DNA from: Patellaria atrata CBS 101060
Lineage: Eukaryota
Length of the DNA stretch: 64,000 nt
Assembly (NCBI GenBank): GCA_010093705.1
Contig: MU006102.1
Location: forward strand, 438,123-502,122
Reading direction: 5' to 3'
Numbering within the stretch: position 1 is the stretch's first letter; every line of letters starts with the position of its first letter. Below, piece after piece: positions 1 through 10,499 of the stretch. The notes under the pieces were generated by a model, which was given only the letters and a program-made list of their open reading frames with translations, searched no databases and was not told the origin of the DNA. The translations under genes were made by a program, and so were the position numbers.

Positions 1-429
1 ATATCGTGATACTTCAATGGTGTGTACTTGTGCAAGCAAACCGGAAGTTCCCGATATCAACACACAGTAAGCCGGGAATGTCGTGACCTCTGACAGCAGA
101 TAGTTAAGAGAAGATCAAACAAGATTGAAATCGTTGTGCGTCCGAATTGACTCTGTGGTCGAAATTGAACCATTTTTGAAATGATATTTGATTGATCTCG
201 ATCTTGTTTTCTACGCAAGTTGACCTAGTAGGGTAGGATGGAAATGCAAATGAAGGATCGGGATAAATGCTTGATACGAGACTCAGAGCGTAGTACAGTA
301 CATTGCGGACCTGAGGGGAGGACAATACTCGATTTGAAAGGGGGTGCATACAGAAGTGCAGGCTGGCAAGGAGGATGTTCGAGAGTATGGAAATCATAGT
401 TCTAACGTTGAATGAGATAAGGCCCTCAC

Positions 430-523
430 CTTCCTGAAGAGCTGGAGCAAATGCAAAGCCTCGCCCTTGGACGTCAGAGAATTGCGTGATTGAATCCCCG
501 AAGAGGATGAATTGAGGATACAT
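430..523 (-). CDS. IAH1: First exon of SGNH/GDSL hydrolase (IAH1-like isoamyl acetate-hydrolysing esterase); remainder lies beyond the left window edge
   Basis: MYPQFILFGDSITQF carries the GDS(L/I) block I motif. GTGAGG donor at 429. The expected next exon (RRLDVxNRG-like) is not seen in 1-429. Confidence 0.7.
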
Positions 524-716
524 GCCCGGATGATTCCTGTCTTGCTTATTACCGAGATCTTCTCGCCCCGAGTACAGTACTTGAAGGAAGCTGAAGCAAG
601 GCGGGACAAGATGGAAGATGTGCGGCTTGAGGTTACCACGATGGATTGAAGTCCAGGTAAGTTTTCGAAAGGTCTAGATGTTTCACGCGGGATTAATATT
701 GCATGAAGATGATGCT

Positions 717-760
717 GGTGGATGGGTGGATGGGTGGATGGGTGGACGGGATGGGTGGTT
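717..760 (+). repeat. (GGATGGGT)n tandem repeat, G-quadruplex-type G-tract array
   Basis: ggtggatgggtggatgggtggatgggtggacgggatgggtgg; five GGG runs separated by 2-5 nt. Confidence 0.8.
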
Positions 761-2434
761 GGCGGTGGTTGCTGATGGTTAATGATGGTTGGTGGTGATG
801 GGCACGTTTTTATGCCTTTCCATCAGTTCATCACTGAATGTTACATGAGAAATTCCCGACACTTTGGTATCTCCTACGGGGAAGGAGCGGAGGAGGCAAG
901 CACGACAAGGCGGGGAGGAAGCTTGATACGGGATATCGTTAGGGTTCACCCTTGACCAGATGAAGTAAGATATATTCCGTAGGCGAGAGGACTGCACGTG
1001 ACACGCGTAAATCTCGAGAATAAGGCAATCCTTCATGAACAACTTTCTGTCACTTTGGATGTGTCGATCCCGAGGACATCATTCTAAGCATCCTGCAGCT
1101 GTACTCATCGCGTATTTTGTAGAGAGATCTACGTAAATGCGGAGGGAACATCTGCAACCTGCAAGAGAACATTAAGCCCTTGATGTACAGTACCGTTTAG
1201 AGAGTACTGCATGTTACTGCACTGTACTGGGCTGAGCCACAATACTCACAGCTGTAGTACATACTGTATGTTCAAAGGTTAGGGGGGAAGTGTACGGAGG
1301 TACCTCCAAATGACACACCGTCGAAATGACATCTTTACTATAATAACACCTTACTTCTGCAGTGCGTGTCAGTAAGCTTGTTTGTGCCTTTTGAGGTGTT
1401 GTAGATACTGTACCGTACGAGTAGTGGAAGAAGCTGCTTCGGCAACCCAAAGAAACCTCCAACCGCTGTACAGAATCATATGCCAAAAGGGTAGAAATGA
1501 GTTGGCGGTGACAATATTAGAACTTAATTTTGACATTCCATACAACGCAAGACTACTGCACGAATACCGTATGCAGGGTCCTTGATGAGATCTTTATTTC
1601 CAACCGCTTACTTCGTCTACTACGGGATAGCTAGTAACATCTTCACTATTCACTACATCTCTCATCATTGTACGGTGGAAGTTACACACTTATTAGAGAT
1701 GGACTCGAACTTCATCGAAAGGCAGGTCTTCGATTATCGAGTCTTGCGTGGGTGCATCGAGGCATGTTAATCAAAGTAGATGTCTCCTTTAAGGTGATGC
1801 CTCGGGTCGATAACTTGCTTTAGTGAGTGGTCATCTGAACAGGGCGAGTCAAAAACCTCATCCAAAACAAGTTACCGGTACAACCTGCTTTTGTTCCTTA
1901 GCCGAGAGCGAACATCTTCTATCAAACATGCAAATCATCGCTTTCTGTCATACTCTGTCCCCTACACCACTGCTGCATCTCAACAATTTTCGTCCTGGGA
2001 TACAATCATCAGGGACTGAATAAGCACTCATCGGTGTTCATGCAGACAAGTCCGAATCCTTCCATACCAATTGTCCGTCGGCTGGCTGCTTAGCCTATCG
2101 AAGGGTGGTGGGCATGTACATAGATGAGAAGGCAGCTCTGTAAGGTAGGCCTGGAAATCCAACTGAGAGACAAAGCCAGACACCCACCATAAACGCCTTA
2201 CTACTGATCTGAAACTGAAACATCGCCTGAGCCGCCTCTTTCGCTCACCTGCTATGACGACCCATCCGTGCTCTCCATCTCGTGCCTACTTCCGCTGATC
2301 GCGGGGGTTTTAGTTACCTTGGCCTCCCCATCTCTAACAAGTAGGTATTTCTATGCATGGAATGCTTCCGAATCATCAAAATACTTTCCAGCTGTCAGTA
2401 CTTATGCTAACAGCTGTGTTGAACACGACAGAAC

Positions 2435-5419
2435 ATGCCGCACTCGAGTCTGCATTCATATCGAAGCGTAGACAGTCGCGACGCTGATGACGAAGAGGAG
2501 GATGACGACCCTACCCCCGTCGAGCTCAGTAATTCGGGAATTCTTTGGGCCTCAGATGCATCACCTATGACCCGACCATACGACAGTAGACGGTCAATAG
2601 AAAGAAGACGGTCCTCCGAAATCGATGGTCGCGTTCCCGTAGATGAACAATCCAGCCTCCTCAGAAACGCTGATTCTGCTCCCCGCTACTCAGCAACCTC
2701 CGGCATTCACTCACCCCCAGCTTTAAGAAGAAATAATAGTGGAAGTAGGAGTTTAAGACGCAGTCCCGCTAGAAGTAGACAGACCTCCATCGGTAGTCGT
2801 CGTGACTCTTTCAGCAGTAGATTAGTAAATGCTCTTCATAATCATCACAGAAGGGCTTCTGTAGGTTAGTACAAACAATCCTCGCAAATCTTCTTTGGAA
2901 CGTGTGTCCGTAATCTCAGTTATTCTGACAATATTACAGCTTCAGAAAATGGTAACCTGTACGAATCTAGACTCTCTGTTTTTCAAGATGACCGCGTATG
3001 GTACGATCAATTTACCTCCACGGACTGGGTTCACGATAGCATCGCGGACGCATACCGTGTTAAACAACTTAGAAGTAGAAAAGACATAAGAGGGAGATTG
3101 TTAGCTTGGTTTGACAGGGCTGAAGGTTGGATACTTGTTGCTATAATAGGCTGCTGCACAGCTTTTATCGCATATTTCGTCAACATCACCGAAGCCGTAC
3201 TCTTCGATTTCAAGTCTGGATATTGCAGTACCTCTTGGTATATGAGTAAAAAGAATTGCTGCTCCGGAGCATCTACCTGTGAAAATTGGACTCACTGGTC
3301 TGAATCATTCGTAACAGATGCGTTAGACACTACCGGCGTTCAATACGTGGCCTTCGTGTGCTCCGTAATCATCCTCGCATGCCTCTCGTGCATTTTAACT
3401 TTAAGCACAAAGACCGTGATACCGTCTGCGCTCTCGCTTTCTACACTAGACGAAAACCTTGGTGCTCCCAATCTCCGGGTTGAACAAGATGAAGAAGCTA
3501 AGAGGAGGGGCGTGAGTCCGGCGAATATAATACGTGAAACAGAGGACCGTCCACCGATGGTCTACTATTCAGCAGCTGGAAGCGGTGTCGCTGAGGTCAG
3601 GGTCATTAATAGTGGTTTCGTTCTCCACGGCTACTTAGGTGTTCGGACTCTCGTCATAAAAACCATCGGCCTTATACTTAGTATCTCGTCAGGGCTCAGT
3701 CTCGGAAAAGAGGGACCTTATGTACATATTGCCACCTGCATTGGGAATATCATGTGTCGTCTATTCTCGAAATATAACCACAACGATGGTAAGCGTCGAG
3801 AGGTTCTGAGTGCTAGTGCTGCAAGTGGTGTAGCAGTCGCATTTGGGGCACCCATCGGTGGTGTTCTTTTCAGCCTTGAGGAAGTTAGCTATTACTTTCC
3901 ACCCAAAACTCTGTTCCGTACTTTCTTCTGCTGCATCGTAGGTTCTACATACTCCTTGTTTTTTTTTTTTTTTTTTTTTTTTTTCCTCCACGTGCTAATC
4001 CATCCTCCTTAGGTTGCTGCATTATCATTAAAGTTTTTAAATCCTTATGGAACGCATAAAATCGTACTCTTCGAAGTCCGTTATCTCACAGACTGGGAAG
4101 CTGTCGAGATGCTTATATTCATCATGTTAGGAGTGATCGGAGGCGCATTAGGAGCATTCTTCATCAAAGCATCCAGGTTCTGGGCACGCACATTCCGACG
4201 AGTACCCCTAATCAAGGAATACCCCCTTATTGAGGTCTTTCTCGTCGCTGCCCTCACTGGTCTGGTCAGTTTCTGGAATCGTTACACCAGACTACCTGTG
4301 ACGGAGCTCTTGTTCGAACTTGCTAGTCCTTGCGATACATTCACAAGCTCTGGCATGGGTCTATGCCCTACCAACGAACATATCCCCAAGATTATCGGAT
4401 ATTTAGCAATCGCCTTTGTAATAAAAGCGTTGCTGACTACTATCACATTTGGCATAAAAGTGCCCGCAGGAATCTACGTACCATCCATGGTAGTCGGCGG
4501 TCTCTTCGGTCGAATGGTCGGCCACATCGTACAATATCTCGCCCTCAACCACCCAGACGGCGGTCTCTTCGGCATGTGCGGCCCGGACGACAACCCCGAA
4601 GCCTGCGTCGTCCCCGGCGTCTACGCCCTCGTCGCCGCCGGCGCAACAATGTGCGGCGTCACTCGGCTCTCGGTAACCCTAGCCGTCATCCTCTTCGAAC
4701 TAACCGGCAGCCTCGACCACGTGCTCCCCTTCTCCATCGCCGTCCTCGTCTCCAAATGGACCGCCGACGCCATCGAACCCCTCAGCATCTACGACCTCCT
4801 CACAGACATGAACTCCTACCCCTTCCTCGACAACAAAGTCCGCCCCATCTTCACCACCGAGCTCGGCGACCTCACTCACCGTCTGCGTCCCGAGCGCATA
4901 ATAGACATCTCGAACTCGCCCCTGGTGCCGGCTAAAGAGCTACGCCAGAAACTGGATATCCTTCACATTGCTGGTGAAATAGACGGCGGACTGCCCATCG
5001 TGCATAGTAAGGTGCTGGTGGGGTTGATACCGGCGCCAGACCTCGAGTTTGCCCTCGATAAACTCGATAATGAGGATAATAGCCTCTGTCTCATGAGTAC
5101 GCAGGTTCATTGGAATAATCCCACCGAGGGTGAGGATGAGGAGGACGATCCGACGGATTTTACTAGTTATATTGATCCCGCGCCTGTCGCGTTGGATATA
5201 CATTCGCCCATGGATTTGGTGTATGAGTGCTTTGTTAAGTTGGGGTTGAGGTATATTGCCGTTTTGAAGAATGGGAGGTTTGCGGGCTTGGTGAGTTTTT
5301 ATTTCCACGTTTAGTTGCAGATTGGAGTGGATAGGGGACATGGGCTAATGAGGTTATAGGTCCATAAGAAGGCGTTTGTGAGATATATCCGCGAACTCGA
5401 GGAAAGGGAACGGAAATGA
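2435..5419 (+). CDS. CLC-family chloride channel/antiporter with C-terminal CBS region; exons 2435-2864, 2940-3937, 4013-5290, 5360-5419; probable 5'UTR intron 2341-2431
   Basis: CLC signatures GSGVAEV, GKEGPYVH, AFGAPIGGVLFSLEE and GIKVPAGIYVP; canonical splice sites join the ORFs in frame. Confidence 0.95.
3958..3984 (+). repeat. poly(T) tract inside CLC intron
   Basis: About 27 consecutive T between the GTAGGT donor and the GCTAAT branch point. Confidence 0.9.
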
Positions 5420-6902
5420 GTTGATCTTGTCATGAAATCCGCACCTAACATTTTGATTCTCACGTACTGTACACCCAGGTACGGGATAGAAAAGGACTGA
5501 GGAATACCTGGATAAGGTTGGTTATGGAGTGCATATCAACATTGGATTAGAGCGCTATTGGCATCGGGTTAGATGTCATTGTTCGAGTCGAAAGGAAGGG
5601 ATCTTAGAACATAGGAGGGGAGGGGGAACGAAGATACAGCGTATCGTGAAGCGTCTAGGGGTTCCGTCGAGTACATTTCTGGGCGTTACAGCGGTTGAAT
5701 CGGGATATCATGTTGTAGCATCTTTGTCTTTTGGTCTCAAGCATTTTTTTTTAGAGACCCATGTTTACATAGTTGATATTTAGCTAGTCAGTTCTGGCAT
5801 AGCGCCGGAGATATTTTACAACACCCATCTCGAAAACTAATATCGATGGGGTTTTTTGTTCCCGATTTTGTTGTGCGGTTGTGTGGTGGAAGAGCGGTGA
5901 AAGGCGGTGTGAATGTCCGTTTGGATAGTGTATACCCTTGAATAGGAGAAGCTACATACCCACACAGATAATTCTACACAGCACAGAGGGGAAATCTTGA
6001 GAGCTAGGGTAGCTGGAGCTTGGTAATGGAGGTTGGAGGGAGGTTTGAGAACACTGTAGGGATGTTGTGGGGAAGGATGGATACAGTATGGAGTATGTGG
6101 TAGGGCTGACGTGCAGGAGAGAGAGATACATACCTATACGTGTACTACTTTGTACTGTAGCTTAGGTTGGTATACAATCTTATACTGTATGATAACTTCA
6201 GAGTTAACCAGGTTTTCAGGGGCAATTGCATAGAACTTACTATGGTAGGGTTTATTTTTGAGAGTTTTGAGACTGAGAACCTTATACTGGTGTTTCATGC
6301 GCAAGGAATTGAGGATATAGATGCGTCGTCTGCTTTGTTGCTTGTTGAGACGGCAATGGCGCGCTTCAGACGGTAACTTAAAAGTATCCCTCCATCCCCA
6401 TCATACAATATCTCATAAGGAGAAAGTAGTCCTCAAAGTCATAGGCACCCCCAAGCACTTCCTCTCCCATCGAACCCGGGCAAGTGGCTGAGTAGGCAGG
6501 TACTTCGTCTACCTGCAGTGCCGCCACCGTCGACTACAAAGTCGCCTGGGTTTGATTCTTGGCTGCATCATTTTCATTATTTTTTTCGTTCCCGATTACC
6601 CTATCTATCTATCATGATTGATTTGGTTTCCTTTTTTGCGGGAGTTTATTAAGTTGGGAAAAAGGAACGTGATCTGTATCAAACCGAGCCTTTAAGGGGC
6701 ACTGTAAATATAATCAAGAGATATCTACGTCTACTGAATAGGCCCATCATATTGCCGCGGTTATTCTCACGAGTTCTCATTAACCCCCCCTCCCTGCCTG
6801 AGAGCAGTGAATAGATCCTAGCTTTCGCTCCACCGCGCGTGAACTCCTGCTGGGGTTTTGATATACGTAAATTCGGTTGTAGACAGCGCACCGTAACAGA
6901 AC

Positions 6903-7684
6903 TCAAGTCGCGAACAAAGTATCCTCATCGCGCAAATACTCTCCTATATCCGCCTGTCTGAATGTCACGATACCAGTCGGTTCCAGGCGTCGAGATTCTG
7001 CCGTCGAGCGTGCCGTGACTCCGAAGCCCTGTGTTCGCATTAGCTTTATCCTCGCTCTAATTTCGTCTTCTTCGATTCTTGGGCCCGTCTCAACACAGCC
7101 AAAAAGCTCCTCCCCTATGTCTATTTCTCTTATGTGGGGAAAGGTATGACTCACCAACGGCACATCCTTCATATCATACACCACAACCCCGACATGCTCG
7201 GGACAATCCTCGCTCCACCGCCCCACGTGCGCCTTGACCACGTTTCCGCCGTACAGGAACGGCATCTCCCCGTTCGGCTTCACCCACACTTTATACCGCG
7301 CGTGCGGCGCGATGACATCGAGCGCTGTGATATGCAGTCTGAACTTCCCGGTTTTGGTGAACTTCCCGATGCTGCTGCTGTCAGCTTTGGGTCTATCGAG
7401 GAGCAAAGCATGGGTGGGTTTTGAGAGCGGCGAACTCACCATGTCCCGAGGGAAAGTAGATTCGGGCGCGCGATGCTGGTGGCGAGATTGGCGAGGTAGA
7501 GAGGGAGGTAGTAGACGCGAGAAGAGTGCAGGCGGAAAACGTGTCTGTTGTCTTCGTCCTTTTTCGATTTCGAAGATGCTGGGATCGATGTGGATGAGGT
7601 TATTAGGTGGGTTAGAGAGCGTCCTGTGTAGTTCGCGAGTTTGGAGAAGAGGGTTTGGGTTTCGGTGTCGGTTAAGGGACGCAT
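6903..7684 (-). CDS. NIP7: 60S ribosome biogenesis protein Nip7; exons 7684-7440, 7371-7155, 7028-6903
   Basis: MRPLT..LFSKLANYTG, GKFTKTGKFRLHITALD, KVWVKPNGEMPFLYG and FRQADIGEYLRDEDTLF match Nip7; two GT-AG introns. Confidence 0.95.
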
Positions 7685-7790
7685 TTTGGGGGGCGCTATA
7701 ATGGTTCTTAAGTAGAGTAGAAGTGGTGTAGAGCTTTGGTATACAGTAAGGTAGTGATTTGGTGATAACAGCTTCCCGTCTTTGATTCAT

Positions 7791-7835
7791 GAACTTTTTT
7801 CCCAGGGTCCCGCTGCCAAGCCGAACTTTTTTCCC
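7791..7835. promoter_or_regulatory. Duplicated GAACTTTTTTCCC element (RRPE-like) in the NIP7/NOC3 divergent promoter
   Basis: Exact 13-mer at 7791-7803 and 7823-7835 within the 207 bp between two ribosome-biogenesis start codons. Confidence 0.5.
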
Positions 7836-7891
7836 GCTTCGAATAGCTTTTCGCTGCGGGAGTGCGGAGAATCGAACATTAAACTGCAACG

Positions 7892-9922
7892 ATGTCACGC
7901 TTTCCTGCACCGAAAAGACGGCGATTATCTCCTCCGGAGGATGGTTTGAATGACGAATCTCTATCTAAGCGGCTTTCGAGGTCGAAAAAATCGACAAGAT
8001 GGAACCAGGAACAGGACTACGAGCAGCGGCCGCGCAAAATGGCGGGTAAGAGCAAGGAAGTTACAAGGTTGCCCATCAAAACTTCAGAAGGATGGATAGA
8101 GCAGACGGCTCCAGTAGCAGAGCGCGTAGAGGGATCAGACAGTTTCCTAGGCACTGAAGACGAGGGCAGCGAGGACGAAGAGACGGAACAAGAGGGGGAA
8201 GTAGAACCACCCAAGATATCTGTGCGGAAACAGATTCTAGAAGCTAAAGAAAAGTTATACCGTCTCGCCGCGCTCATCAATGAGGACCCAGAAGAGAATG
8301 CGGGCTCATTAAAGTCGTTGGCGCAGGTTGCGGCGTCGGAGAATGTCACGATTAAGAAGTTGGCGCTGGCTACGCAGTGTGCGGTGTATAAGGATATTAT
8401 ACCTGGATATCGGATCCGTCCTATCAAAGAAGGGGAGCAGAAGGAGGTGCTGTCGAAAGAGGTGCGGAAGTTAAGGAACTATGAGCAGGCTCTTGCAGGA
8501 GGGTATCAGGACTATGTGAAAGAGTTGGCGAAATACGCAAAGGAGAATAAGAAAGACACTGCGGAAACGGACTCGACGCTATCAACTGTTGCTATCACTT
8601 GTGCGTGCGATTTGCTCGTTTCGGTACCACATTTCAATTTCAGGGCGGAGATACTGGGCATTTTGTTGAACAAATTGAGTAGTCGGCAGATGAATAACGA
8701 TTTCATAAAATGTAGGGAGACGCTGGAAAGATTATTCAAAGACGATGAGGATGGTAATGCTTCCATGGAAGCTGTTTCGATGTTGACAAAAATGATCAAA
8801 TCCCGAAACTACAACATCGACGAGAGCATACTCAACACATTTCTACACCTACGACTGCTATCCGAATTCTCCTACAAGGCCTCGAACAGCAGAGTTGACA
8901 AGCCCGAAAAAGACACCAAGCAGGGCAAGAAAACGAGGGAGAAGCGAGAATTCCGCACCAAGAAGCAGCGCAAACTCCTCCGCGAAAACAAAGCCATCGA
9001 AAAGGAATTCAAAGAAGCAGACGCCGCCGTCAGCCACGAAGAGCGCGACAAAATGCAAGCCGAATCCCTAAAACTAGTCTTCGTGACCTACTTCCGCATC
9101 CTGAAAGCGCGGATCCCCCATCTCATGGGCGCCGTCCTCGAAGGACTAGCCAAATACGCGCACCTCATCAACCAAGAATTCTTCGGCGACATCCTCGAAG
9201 CGCTCAAAGACCTCATAACCCAAGCCGAGACCCTCTCCGAGCACTCCTCCCCCGACACTGAGACTCCAGAAGTCCCGGCGTTCTACAACCCGACGCGGGC
9301 ATCCCTCCTCTGCATCACGACGGCCTTCGCCCTCCTCCAAGGCCAAGAAGCCGCAAAAGCAGCATCGACGCTCCAGCTCGACCTCACATTCTTCACCACA
9401 CACCTCTACCGCCTCCTGCTGCCCCTCTCCGTCTCCCCCGCCATCGAACCGCCCCTCAAATCCCTCCCGCAACACACAGATTCCCTGCAAACAGACGACA
9501 CTAAAGCCCAGAACAAAGTCAACGCACAAACCACCCCCGTCCTCCTCATCCGCGCCCTAACCTCCACCCTCCTCCCCCCGCACAGCCTGCGCTCCATCCC
9601 CCCCATCCGCCTCGCAGCTTTCACAAAACGCCTCATGCTGACTTCTCTCCACCTCCCCGAGAAACCGTGTATTGCGCTCCTGGGCCTGCTGGCGAGGGTT
9701 ACGAAGGTACATGGGGCCAAGCTTGCCGCGTTGTGGAATACGGAGGAGAGGCGCGGGAATGGGGTTTATGATTCCCAAGGGGGGGACGTGGAGGCGAGTA
9801 ATCCGTTCGCGGCGTCGGTGTGGGAAGGCGAGGTGTTGAGGGTGCATTTTTCGCCGGGGGTGAGGGAGGCGTTGGGGGTTGTGGTGGAGGGGGTTAAGGT
9901 GGAGGGAGGGGGGCGGAGGTGA
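7892..9922 (+). CDS. NOC3: Nucleolar complex-associated protein Noc3 (CBF/Mak21 family), intronless
   Basis: 676 aa; EDPEEN, AVYKDIIPGYRIRP, VPHFNFR and GLAKYAHLINQEFFGD motifs. Confidence 0.93.
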   Translation: MSRFPAPKRRRLSPPEDGLNDESLSKRLSRSKKSTRWNQEQDYEQRPRKMAGKSKEVTRLPIKTSEGWIEQTAPVAERVEGSDSFLGTEDEGSEDEETEQEGEVEPPKISVRKQILEAKEKLYRLAALINEDPEENAGSLKSLAQVAASENVTIKKLALATQCAVYKDIIPGYRIRPIKEGEQKEVLSKEVRKLRNYEQALAGGYQDYVKELAKYAKENKKDTAETDSTLSTVAITCACDLLVSVPHFNFRAEILGILLNKLSSRQMNNDFIKCRETLERLFKDDEDGNASMEAVSMLTKMIKSRNYNIDESILNTFLHLRLLSEFSYKASNSRVDKPEKDTKQGKKTREKREFRTKKQRKLLRENKAIEKEFKEADAAVSHEERDKMQAESLKLVFVTYFRILKARIPHLMGAVLEGLAKYAHLINQEFFGDILEALKDLITQAETLSEHSSPDTETPEVPAFYNPTRASLLCITTAFALLQGQEAAKAASTLQLDLTFFTTHLYRLLLPLSVSPAIEPPLKSLPQHTDSLQTDDTKAQNKVNAQTTPVLLIRALTSTLLPPHSLRSIPPIRLAAFTKRLMLTSLHLPEKPCIALLGLLARVTKVHGAKLAALWNTEERRGNGVYDSQGGDVEASNPFAASVWEGEVLRVHFSPGVREALGVVVEGVKVEGGGRR

Positions 9923-10499
9923 TAGGGCGAGAGGGTCGTGTAAGAAGGAGCGCTCAGCGAGGGTAGTCGGGTTCATGTGCGTCGTTTGCCTGAACGTCTG
10001 GTGGGTTTGAGAGGGTTATTGGATGGGGTTCGGCATGTAGACTAGCGAGTGTTGCAGGTAACGGTGTACAAAGCGGAGTCGAGTGATATATCAAACAATT
10101 TACATGGTGATAGCTCAGTTCATATTATGGTGATACCAGGAACGTGGACTTTGATTTCGATATTTCTTGAAGAAATATCGACATCTGATATTCGTCGATG
10201 CATTTTTTTTAAAACTTACCCATTGCTGATACCGCTTGTTGCTGTGAGCATTGAGTGTCGACTTAATCATCCCTCGAGGTAACAGTGATACCAAGAGAGC
10301 CTGTGGTCTAAGGTACGATATTAGTGTGGAATCATCAGTTGGCATAACTTCTCACGAGTAGGATACAGAAATCATAATAGCTTTCACGAGCTCTCAAGTA
10401 GATTCCCGCACTCGCCGTTTATCTGTATCAGGTTGTCGTACTCTCCGTTGACGGCTCACTTTTTGCACTCGTTGATAACTGATTTCCCCGGTCCTGGTT

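Noticed and set aside
3938..4012. Poly-Phe (+) and poly-Lys (-) peptides in the ORF track
   Set aside because: They are translations of an intronic poly(T) tract.
4330..4935. 201-aa Arg/Pro-rich alternate-frame ORF in CLC, and similar overlapping ORFs at 9146-9976, 18590-19231, 24145-24804 and 27046-27597
   Set aside because: These are shadows of biased codon usage in real genes, with no independent motifs.
6903..7910. 335-aa minus-strand ORF as a single gene
   Set aside because: It fuses the wrong frame of NIP7 exon 1 with exons 2-3 through two introns; the spliced model gives canonical Nip7.
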